Positions 56,388 to 64,000 of a stretch of DNA of 64,000 nucleotides are shown in pieces (positions within the stretch are counted from its first letter, which is position 1; each line of letters opens with the position of its first letter). Source of the DNA: an uncultured Actinomycetes bacterium (lineage in GTDB: Bacteria > Actinomycetota > UBA4738 > HRBIN12); NCBI GenBank assembly GCA_963723855.1, contig CAVRSI010000038.1, positions 4,282 to 68,281 of the forward strand, given 5' to 3'. The translations under genes and the position numbers were made by a program. The notes beneath the pieces are model-generated. The model made no database searches, had not been told where the DNA came from, and saw only the letters and a program-made list of their open reading frames with translations.

Positions 56388-57358
56388 TCGGTGATCCTCG
56401 GGTCCAGCTTGAAGTAGATGAGATCGGCGATGAAGTTGAAGAACACGACCGACACCGTGAGGATCAGGAACGCGCCCTGCAGCATCGGGTAGTCGCGCTT
56501 GGAGACCGCCGCGTAGATCGCCTGACCGATCCCCGGCCAGGAGAAGATGATCTCGACCAGGATCGCGCCGGCGACGATGAACCCCAGCGACAACGCCACG
56601 AGCGTGACGATGGGCAGCATCGCGTTCCGCAGCGCGTGCGAGACGACGATCCTCCGCTGCGGCAGTCCTTTCGCGCGTGCGGTCAACACGTAGTCCTCGC
56701 CGAGCGTCTCCAGCATCGACGAGCGCACGATCAGCGTGTACTCGCCGAACAGGGTGAGCGCCAGCGTGAACGCGGGCAGCAGCATGTGCAGCCCGATGTC
56801 CTTCAGGTTCGACAGGGTGTCCCCCGGCGAGAAGAAGTTGTTGACCTCGTTCCGCATGCCGGCCGTCGGCAGGGTTCCCGCGAACAGCAGGATCAACATC
56901 ATCCCGATGAACTGCGTCGGAAGGGCATAGAAGACGATCGCCGCGTTCGTGCTGACCTTGTCCACGATGCCGCTCCGCCGCCACGCGGACAGGAAGCCGG
57001 TCACGATGCCGATCGCGATCGCGAGGAAGGTGCCGATCATCACCATCGGGATCGTGTTCTTCAGCTTGTCGGTCAGCTCCGACGTGACCGGCTGGGAATC
57101 GGCGAACGAGACCCCCATGTTCGCGTGGAACACGAGCTGGTCGAGGTACAGGACGTATTGCGTCCACAGCGGCTTGTCCAGGCCGAACTCGTGCGTGAGC
57201 GCCGCCCGGAGCTGTGGGGACGCGTGAGGAGCACGGGCCAGGTCCGCGACCGCGTTGCCGGGGAGCGCTCGGAACAGCACGAAGTTGATCGTGATCGCGA
57301 CGAACACCGTCATCACCGCGAACGCGAGTCGCTTGACGACGTACTCGGCGCGGTGCAA
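56384..57358 (-). CDS. Opp/Dpp-type ABC permease (B-type)
   Basis: TTG start at 57358, 5 nt after GGGAGGAG. The 324-aa product has 6 TM segments and the loop ARAKGLPQRRIVVSHALRNAMLP. Confidence 0.85.
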   Translation of the reverse strand: MHRAEYVVKRLAFAVMTVFVAITINFVLFRALPGNAVADLARAPHASPQLRAALTHEFGLDKPLWTQYVLYLDQLVFHANMGVSFADSQPVTSELTDKLKNTIPMVMIGTFLAIAIGIVTGFLSAWRRSGIVDKVSTNAAIVFYALPTQFIGMMLILLFAGTLPTAGMRNEVNNFFSPGDTLSNLKDIGLHMLLPAFTLALTLFGEYTLIVRSSMLETLGEDYVLTARAKGLPQRRIVVSHALRNAMLPIVTLVALSLGFIVAGAILVEIIFSWPGIGQAIYAAVSKRDYPMLQGAFLILTVSVVFFNFIADLIYFKLDPRITE

Positions 57359-57382
57359 GTCGTCTCCTCCCGCTCGGTGCGT

Positions 57383-59053
57383 CTACACGTGGTGGACCTG
57401 GGTGAAGCTCTCCTTGGACAGGTTGCTGAACAGCCCGAGCGAGGACTCGACGAACCCGGTCCAGTCGTTGGACCAGGCGTTCAGTTGATCGTCGTAGCTG
57501 AGGACGATATAGGGCCGATCCTTGTCGATCATCTGCTGCATCGCGTAGACGATCTTCACGCGGTTGGACTGGTCGAGCGCGACCTGCTGCGCGTCGTACA
57601 TCTTGTCGTACGTCTTGTTGCAGTAACCCGTGTCGCTCCAACCCCCGAACTGCGAGCACTGGAGCACCGACAGGATGAAGTCGGGGACGGGACAGCACGG
57701 ATACCAGTCCCACATCGCCAGGTCGAACGTGTTGTACGTGTTGTTGTCGCCCAAGATCGCGGTGTTGACGGCGTCGTTGTCCATCTTCCGCTGCGTGACG
57801 TCGATCCCGATCTGCTGGAACCCGTTCTGGATGATCCGGAACGCGGCGTCGCCCGCGCCCGACTCGTCCGCCGCGAACAGCACCGTGTAGGTCATCGGAT
57901 GGCCGTTCGCGACACGGATCCCGTCGGGCCCCCGCGTGTAGCCGGCCGCATCGAGGATGGCGTTCGCCTTGACGATGTCGAACGGCAGCGGTTGGACCTG
58001 CGGGTCGCTCCAGACTCCGGCCCCCGGAGGCACGATCGAGGCCCCCGGCTTCGCGTATCCGAGCCAGGCCGTCTGCGCGATCGCGTTCCGGTCGATCGCG
58101 TACTCCATGGCCATGCGCACGTCGGGTTGCAGCAGCTCGAGATTGGTCGTCTTGTGGGGGCTCGAGTTGATGATGAAGTCGCGCAACTGCAACCCTTGCC
58201 CGTTGTATGCGGTGATGTCCGGGTTCTGCTTCAGCGTCGCCATCGCGGTCGGCGGCACGTTGATCGCCGCCTGGATCTGCCCGCTCTGCAACGCCGCCAC
58301 CATGGCGTCGTCGTTCGAGAAGTACTGCAGGCCGAACCCATCGATCGCCGGCTTGGGCCCGTAGAAGTTCGGATTCGCCTGGAAGATCGTGACCTCGTCC
58401 TTCTTGTACTCGGCGATCTCGAACGGGCCACCGCTCACGAGCGGCTGGCCTTCGGTCGGCACGTTGGGGAACGTACGCAGGCCCTTCCCGTCGCCCGTCG
58501 CGTACTGCTCCCACACGTGTTGCGGGAGGATCGAGATCGCCTGGAGCTGGGGGAGGGTGTTCGCGACCGCGGTGGAGTACGTGACGACGAGGGTATTGTC
58601 GTCCGTTGCCTCGACCGTCTTCACGAAACCGAGCGACCCGATCAGGTTGCCGGCCGGCCCGTCGCCGTACTTGAGGATGGTGTTCATCGTCCACGCCGCA
58701 TCGTTCGCGGTCAGCGGCTGGCCGTCGGACCATTTCGCGTTCGGCACGGTGTGGAACGTCCACGTGAGGCCGTCGGTAGAGGTCTCCCACGACTGGGCGA
58801 AGTCGGGCGTGAGCTCGAACGTCTGCGAGTTGTACTGCACCAGCTGCGGGTAGATGTACTCGAACGCCGCGTACGAGTTCTGCTGGAACGTCACGAACGG
58901 GTTCAGGGTGTCGATGTTCGACGTGCTCCCCAGGATCAGGTGGCCGCCCGAGGTCGGACTGCTGCTGTTGGCGCTCCCGCCACCGCTCGTGCACGCGACG
59001 CCGAACACAACCATCGCCGAACAGAGCGCCACCACCTTGACCGACATGCGCAT
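57383..59053 (-). CDS. ABC substrate-binding protein, family 5 (peptide/nickel), lipoprotein-like
   Basis: ATG at 59053 follows GGGGGAGGA. The signal is MRMSVKVVALCSAMVVFGVAC. The mature part is typical of SBP family 5. Confidence 0.85.
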   Translation of the reverse strand: MRMSVKVVALCSAMVVFGVACTSGGGSANSSSPTSGGHLILGSTSNIDTLNPFVTFQQNSYAAFEYIYPQLVQYNSQTFELTPDFAQSWETSTDGLTWTFHTVPNAKWSDGQPLTANDAAWTMNTILKYGDGPAGNLIGSLGFVKTVEATDDNTLVVTYSTAVANTLPQLQAISILPQHVWEQYATGDGKGLRTFPNVPTEGQPLVSGGPFEIAEYKKDEVTIFQANPNFYGPKPAIDGFGLQYFSNDDAMVAALQSGQIQAAINVPPTAMATLKQNPDITAYNGQGLQLRDFIINSSPHKTTNLELLQPDVRMAMEYAIDRNAIAQTAWLGYAKPGASIVPPGAGVWSDPQVQPLPFDIVKANAILDAAGYTRGPDGIRVANGHPMTYTVLFAADESGAGDAAFRIIQNGFQQIGIDVTQRKMDNDAVNTAILGDNNTYNTFDLAMWDWYPCCPVPDFILSVLQCSQFGGWSDTGYCNKTYDKMYDAQQVALDQSNRVKIVYAMQQMIDKDRPYIVLSYDDQLNAWSNDWTGFVESSLGLFSNLSKESFTQVHHV

Positions 59054-59125
59054 GCGCGTCCTCCCCCTCAGGTCAGCGTGAGGATACGCATTCCCCTCTC
59101 CCGCCGCTAGGTCGCGGTATGTCCG

Positions 59126-59176
59126 GCCGTCACACGGACGGCACGTTGCGGGTCGTTCAACCGGGTTTGAACCCGG
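59126..59176 (-). terminator. two GC-rich hairpins after the redoxin gene (candidate intrinsic terminator without U-tract)
   Basis: CCGGGTT-TG-AACCCGG lies at 59161-59176 and overlaps the redoxin stop region. GCCGTC-ACACG-GACGGC lies at 59126-59142, upstream of the opp operon. Confidence 0.25.
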
Positions 59177-59603
59177 GGAGGCCGTCGTCGGCCTCCGAGA
59201 CGACGACCGGCTCCGCATGCAGCAGGCCCGCCAGGGTCGAGGACACCCGGTTCACGCCCTCCCGGTCCCACGACTCGACGACGTCGGCGACGCGGCCCTC
59301 CCCGTCGACCACGACCACGGTCGGCGCCGACACGATGCCGTATCCGTCGGAGGCCGTGTACGGCGCCAGGTCCGGGACCTGCGGGAACCGCCACCCGTAC
59401 GTAGCGGCGAACGCCGCGAGGTCCTCGGCTGGATCCTGGCCCACGCCCGCGACGGCTCCCGGGTATGCGTCGCCCAGACGTGACAGCGGTGGCCCGGCCA
59501 GCTGTGTCGTCGAGCACGTCGCCTTGTAGAAGACGAGTGCATGCGGACCGCTGATCGCCACGCCGTCGACCGCGGGGGCGACGGATCCGACCTGGATGAC
59601 CAT
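59157..59603 (-). CDS. thioredoxin-fold redoxin (TlpA/AhpC-TSA-like) with a single-Cys CxxT site
   Basis: 148-aa ORF. ALVFYKATCSTTQLAGPPLSRL sits where relatives carry CPTCQ. DGYGIVSAPTVVVVDGEGRV is typical of the thioredoxin fold. Confidence 0.65.
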   Translation of the reverse strand: MVIQVGSVAPAVDGVAISGPHALVFYKATCSTTQLAGPPLSRLGDAYPGAVAGVGQDPAEDLAAFAATYGWRFPQVPDLAPYTASDGYGIVSAPTVVVVDGEGRVADVVESWDREGVNRVSSTLAGLLHAEPVVVSEADDGLPGFKPG

Positions 59604-59613
59604 GCGGGCAACG

Positions 59614-61770
59614 CTAGTCCGGTTCAGGATGGAACGCGACCGCGGGGATCCGGCCGGTGACCGACGTGCCTTCGCCCGGTGCCGACCGGATCTCGAGCAC
59701 GCCGCCGATCGCCTCGACCCGGTCCGCCATCCCTCGCAGGCCCGTTCCGTAGCTCGTCCGGGCGCTGTCGAAGCCCGCGCCGTCGTCGGAGACCTCGAAC
59801 GTGAGATCGCCGTTCGTCTGCGCCAGTCGCACCTGGGCGCCGCTCGCTCCCGAGTACTTCGCCACGTTGTTGAGCGCCTCGAGCGCGCAGAAGTAGACCG
59901 CCGCCTCCACCTGCTGCGGGTACCGCGCGACGTTCTCCGCCTCCACCGATGTGGCGACCGAACCCTTGCGCGCCTGCGCCTCCAGCGCCGCGACCAATCC
60001 CTTGTCCGCGAGGAGCGGCGGGTAGATCCCGCGGGCGAGGTCGCGGAGGTCCTCGATCGCCTGCGTCGTCTCCGTCTGGAGGTCGGCGAGCATCGACTTC
60101 GTCTTCTCGGAGTCGCGGTCGACGAGCCCTTCGGCGAGTCGGAGCTTCACGGACAGGGCGACCAACTGCTGCTGCGCGCCGTCGTGCAGGTTCCGTTCGA
60201 GCTTGCGCCGCTCCTCGTCCTGCGCGTGCACGAGCCGTTGGCGCGACGCGCGGAGCTGTTCGATATGGTCCATCAGCTGCTCGGTCAACGCGACGTTCCG
60301 CATCACCAGCCCAGCTTGCCCTGCCAGGTCGCGGACGAGCTTGTCCTCCGTGGGAGTGATCGACTCCCCGGGCCGCTTCACGATCGACAGCGCACCGAGC
60401 AGCTCGCCCTGGTGCCGGATCGGCTCGCGCATCTCGGTCGCGGACACCTCGCCGGCGTCGTCGTCGGTCGCGGCGATCGGCGGGAGCGCCTCGGCGTCCT
60501 GCGGCCACCGGCCCTCGGAGACGAGCTGGTCCCCGATGCGGACCCACACGTCGGCGCGGACCGCTCCGGTGCCTCCGGCGAGCGCGCGCGCCATCCGCGG
60601 CAGCAGGTCCTCGTTCGCGTACGCGTTGCCGAGCCGCTCGGAGAACTCCGACAGCACCTCGTACGGGGCGGCGCGTTCCCCGTAGACCAGCCGGTCGGCG
60701 AACCGCTGGGCACGCCTGCGAACCGGCTGGAACGCCAGCGCGACGATCGCAGCCGCCGCGGCCGACAGGATCGGATCCGCGCGGCTCCCGACCAGCGCAC
60801 CCACGCCGACGACGATCGCGACGTACACGACGGTGATGAAGACCGCGAGCGCGCCGACCAGCAGCGCGCGGTTGATCACGACGTCGATGTCGAACAGGTG
60901 GTATCGCAGCACCGATACGCCGATCGCGATGGGGATCAAACCGAAGGAGAAGACGGCGATGTTCTGGAGGAGCGTCATCCAGGCCGGTTGATCGTTCGCG
61001 GCCCACGCGCCGGTGAACCCGATCAGGAGAGCGACGGTGTACAGGATCGCCACGATCGACGCCGCGGTCACCAGCCATCGCAGCTGGAGCCGCTCGATCC
61101 CTGCGGATCGGCGGTACCGCTGCACCAGCGCGACGAGCGATCCGATCACCCCGATGGGGAGGATGGCGAGGCTCGCGACCGCGACCGTGAGCACGGGGCG
61201 CAGCGACTCGATGCCGAGCGGGTTCCGATAGTCCGCGAAGGCGGCGACATCTGCGCCGAACTTCCCGGGGGTCAGCACGATGGTCAGGAAGACGACCACC
61301 AGGCTGGCGGCAACGATCCGTGCGAACCATCGCCACCGCGGAGACGGGAGATGTCCGTCCGGGAACAGCAGGAGCAGGAACGTCACGGGCAGCGCCACGA
61401 CCGGCACCCACATCGGATTGTTCAACGACACCGCGATGAGCCCGGCCTCGCGACCGCCGACGCCCCCGTGCACGGCGTAGCCGCCGTACGACCCGAGGAA
61501 GGCGCCGAGCCCGATCGCCGCCCCGATCCCGAGCATGAGCCAGCTGAGCGAGTTGTCCGGGCGACGGGTCGCCATCAGGTACCCGACGAACGGGAACAAT
61601 GCGAAGGCCAGCAAGAGCCCCATATCGGTGGGCTCCCGGTCGACGGTGGAGAGCCACAGGCCGGCGGCGGTCGACACGATCGTGAACCCGGTGATGACGC
61701 GCGCCAGCAGGATCAAACGCCTGCGGCGCGCGGCCGGCATGGCCTCAGCTCCGTCGGTCCGATCCACCAT
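59614..61770 (-). CDS. sensor histidine kinase (polytopic membrane N-terminus, GAF-like, HisKA_3, HATPase_c)
   Basis: 718-aa ORF with about 10 TM segments in the first ~330 aa. AQDEERRKLERNLHDGAQQQLVALSV is the NarL-type H-box. NNVAKYSGA ... DDGAGF ... GTGLRGMADR are the N/G boxes. An alternative start is ATG 61740. Confidence 0.85.
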   Translation of the reverse strand: MVDRTDGAEAMPAARRRRLILLARVITGFTIVSTAAGLWLSTVDREPTDMGLLLAFALFPFVGYLMATRRPDNSLSWLMLGIGAAIGLGAFLGSYGGYAVHGGVGGREAGLIAVSLNNPMWVPVVALPVTFLLLLFPDGHLPSPRWRWFARIVAASLVVVFLTIVLTPGKFGADVAAFADYRNPLGIESLRPVLTVAVASLAILPIGVIGSLVALVQRYRRSAGIERLQLRWLVTAASIVAILYTVALLIGFTGAWAANDQPAWMTLLQNIAVFSFGLIPIAIGVSVLRYHLFDIDVVINRALLVGALAVFITVVYVAIVVGVGALVGSRADPILSAAAAAIVALAFQPVRRRAQRFADRLVYGERAAPYEVLSEFSERLGNAYANEDLLPRMARALAGGTGAVRADVWVRIGDQLVSEGRWPQDAEALPPIAATDDDAGEVSATEMREPIRHQGELLGALSIVKRPGESITPTEDKLVRDLAGQAGLVMRNVALTEQLMDHIEQLRASRQRLVHAQDEERRKLERNLHDGAQQQLVALSVKLRLAEGLVDRDSEKTKSMLADLQTETTQAIEDLRDLARGIYPPLLADKGLVAALEAQARKGSVATSVEAENVARYPQQVEAAVYFCALEALNNVAKYSGASGAQVRLAQTNGDLTFEVSDDGAGFDSARTSYGTGLRGMADRVEAIGGVLEIRSAPGEGTSVTGRIPAVAFHPEPD

Positions 61771-61939
61771 GGGGGCATGGTCGCACCCCGGCCACGCCGG
61801 GCCAAGGGCGAAGCCCGGTGGATCCGACCCGGGGAATCACCCGGAACCGCTGGGGTGCTACCACTCCACGGTCTCCGGCGAGTGGCGGAGTAGACCGACG
61901 CCAGCGTAGGGTCGCACCCGGACCAGAAGGGGGCCGTTC

Positions 61940-64000
61940 TTGGCCGAGGTGCGACGATCCGAGCGGGTGCTGGCCTCGGTCACCGCCGGCGTGTTGATCG
62001 GCGTCGTCGAGGTCGTCCTCGCGATCTCGTTCGCCGCTCTGGTGTACGGCGGCTACCTGGCGCAGTTCCTGCCGGACGGCATCGGCCTGTTCCTGGTGGC
62101 AGCCGCGATCTCGCTCGCGATCCTCGCGTGGAGGTCGGGCTCTCGCGGCGTGGTGGGCGGCGTGCAAGCCGCGGTGGTCGCCGTGCTCGCCATCGTCGCC
62201 ACGACCACCGCGCAGCACACGTTCGGGAGCTCCAACCGGGCCTTCGTCACCGTCGTCGCGGCGACCATGGTCGTGACGATCCTGACGGGCATCACGTTCC
62301 TGGTGATGGGCACGTTCAAGCGCGGCAACCTGATCCGGTTCGTCCCGTATCCGGTCGTCGGCGGCTTCCTCGCCGGTACCGGATGGCTCCTCCTGAAGGG
62401 CGGCCTGTACGTCGCCTCGGGCGTGGAGGTGCACCTCGGCACGTTCGGATCCATGGCGGAGCGGGAGACGCTCACGCACTGGCTCCCCGCCCTCGTGTTC
62501 GGCGTGATCATGTTCCTCGCCGTCCGGCTGGTGAAGGCGCCGCTGGTCATCCCGATCGTGCTCGCGGCCGGGCTCGCGCTGTTCGCGATCGGCATGCTCG
62601 TGACCGGCTCCTCGATCGACGATGCGCGAACGGGCCTCTGGATGGTCGGACCGTACCGATCCGGTTGGCTCTTCCAGCCGTGGACCTACCGCGCCCTCAC
62701 CGACTGCCGACTGGTGGGCGGTGCTCGGGCAGGCCGCAGGCATCGCCACCGTGATGCTCGTCGCCGTGATCGGGGTCCTGTTCAACGTCAGTGGCACCGA
62801 GCTCGTGCTGCGCCGCGACCTCGACACGGATGAAGAGCTCCGCAACGCCGGTCTCCTCAACGTCGTCTCCGGCGCGTTCGGCGGTGTCCCGGGGTATCAC
62901 TCGCTGAGCATGACGGCCCTCGCGGAGCGCATGAACGTCAACGCGCGGGCCGCGGGACTCATCGCTGCGCTCGTCCCGCTCGCCGCCCTCGTGTTCGGCG
63001 CGGCCATGATCGAGCTGATCCCGCGCGTGATCGTCGGGGGCGTGCTGGTCTTCCTCGGCGCTGTCGTTCATCGTCGATTGGGTTTGGGACAAGCGGAGGA
63101 CGCTCCCGAAGGTCGAGTACGTCGTCGTCCTGGTGATCCTGGCGGGGATCATCGTCAAGGGGTTCCTCCCCGGCGTGGTGATCGGCTTGATCATGGCCGT
63201 CGTCCTGTTCGCGGTCAGCTACGGGCGGATCGAACTGGTGCACGAGGTCGCGTTCGGCGACGTCCTCCGCAGCAACGTCGACCGCCCGCCCACCGAACGA
63301 GCCGCCTTGCGGACGATGGGCGAGCGGGTGCAGATCCTGCGCGTGCGCGGGTTCGTGTTCTTCGGATCGGCCAGCGGCCTGCTCGAGCGGATCCACGAGC
63401 GGGTGGAGACGGCACCTCCGCGATGCCTGCTGATGGACCTCCGGCAGGTGACGGGCGTGGACGCCTCGGCGGTGATGTCCTTCGTCAAGGTGATCAACCT
63501 GGCGGAGACGAACGGGTTCGAGCTCGTGCTCGCGGGCGCCTCGGATCCGGTGCGCCGGCAGCTCGAACGAGGCGGCGTGGTCACCTCCGAAGGGGTCGTC
63601 CGGTTCGAGCAGGATCTGGATCACGGCCTCCAGCGGTGCGAGGACGTCATCCTTGCGGAGGGCCAGGCCGAGCGGCGTCTCGGACGATCAGGGCGACGCG
63701 CTCGACGGGATGCCGCCGGGCCTTCGCGCCTACCTCGAGCGCGTGGCGCTCGAGGAGGGAGCCGTGCTGATCCGCCAGGACGAGCCGCCCGGCGACGTGT
63801 TCGTGCTGGAGTCGGGCCGGCTCCGCGTGGAGATGGTGACGCAGGAGGGCACGCGGATGCGATTGCGCACGGTGCGTCCGGGCGTCGTGGTCGGCGAGAT
63901 CGCGATGTACTCCGGCGTGTCGCGCACGGCGGACGTGGTGGCCGAGACGCCGAGCGTGGTGCTGCGGCTCAGCCGTGCGTCGATCGAGCGGATGGAGGCC
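61940..64000 (+). pseudogene. SulP-family anion transporter fused to STAS and cyclic-nucleotide-binding domains; three frame breaks; 3' end beyond window
   Basis: TTG start at 61940 follows GAAGGGGG. The TM core is split between ORF 61940..62833 and ORF 62622..63770, with a break near 62700. LSFIVDWVWDKRR...ILRVRGFVFFGSASGL...LMDLRQVTGVDASAV (STAS) is in a third phase, with a break near 63060. GAVLIRQDEPPGDVFVLESGRLRV...VVGEIAMYSGVSRTADVVA (cNMP-binding) follows a break near 63675. The frame is still open at 64000. Confidence 0.8.

Noticed and set aside
54432-58994. 1520-aa ORF that could be read as one giant protein.
   Set aside because: Only its last ~331 codons (the D-type ABC ATPase) and a short middle stretch (the N-terminus of the C-type permease) carry recognisable protein text. 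The rest is Arg/Pro/Gly-rich out-of-frame read-through across the oppB and oppA genes, which are clearly encoded in other minus-strand frames. Such long open frames are expected in 70 % GC DNA.
4427-63700. Programmed ribosomal frameshifting as an explanation for the frame breaks.
   Set aside because: There are far too many sites. They fall in unrelated gene families that are not known to use recoding. They go in both directions. No common slippery heptamer plus downstream structure is evident at the junctions I inspected.
1-64000. Search for CRISPR arrays, rRNA, tRNA, IS elements, integrases and phage genes.
   Set aside because: No regularly spaced direct repeats were seen. No intergenic gap is large enough and structured like a tRNA or rRNA; the largest gaps are 11712-11901 and 61771-61939. 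No translated ORF resembles a transposase, recombinase or phage structural protein.

Overview
This is a 64-kb high-GC chromosomal segment with actinobacterial-type gene content. My hand counts of single 60-nt lines give about 68-73 % GC for most of the window, with local dips to about 57-63 %. I can support about 65 protein-coding loci. I found no rRNA, tRNA, CRISPR array, transposase or integrase. The window falls into four blocks. (i) 0-19.8 kb holds miscellaneous genes: PPOX-class protein, cupin, YpfJ peptidase, YcaQ-like protein, aldo-keto reductase, 7Fe-type ferredoxin, serine hydrolase, ArsR-SRPBCC pair, ArfB and TetR. It also holds a broken cyclase-ATPase-TPR gene and a heavily decayed TadE/TadG-like plus DUF899 patch. 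(ii) 19.9-38.4 kb is an 18-kb all-plus-strand, largely translationally coupled gene train. It starts as a TenA / ThiXYZ-like / YlmB-like thiamine-pyrimidine salvage module. It continues into a NicX/M29-like protein, a split B12 acyl-CoA mutase, a family III CoA-transferase, an M20 hydrolase, an LLM oxidoreductase, a methylmalonyl-CoA-epimerase-like VOC protein, a GntR regulator, a second TenA, a Zn-ADH, an ALDH and two amidohydrolases. This is my best candidate here for an undescribed pathway. (iii) 41.5-59.1 kb is an all-minus-strand block with a five-gene Opp/Dpp-type peptide ABC operon and a tightly packed signalling unit: LAL-LuxR regulator, ferredoxin-cyclase fusion, SthA, and a zinc-ribbon cyclase-ATPase-TPR protein. 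(iv) The last block has a polytopic GAF histidine kinase with a monothiol redoxin, and a SulP-STAS-cNMP-binding transporter that runs off the window end. One global property stands out: roughly 35 single-nucleotide frame breaks interrupt more than 20 otherwise well-conserved genes. Either the assembly carries indel errors or the locus is decaying, and all affected calls are flagged. All functional calls are by-eye family and motif recognition on the supplied translations, not database searches.
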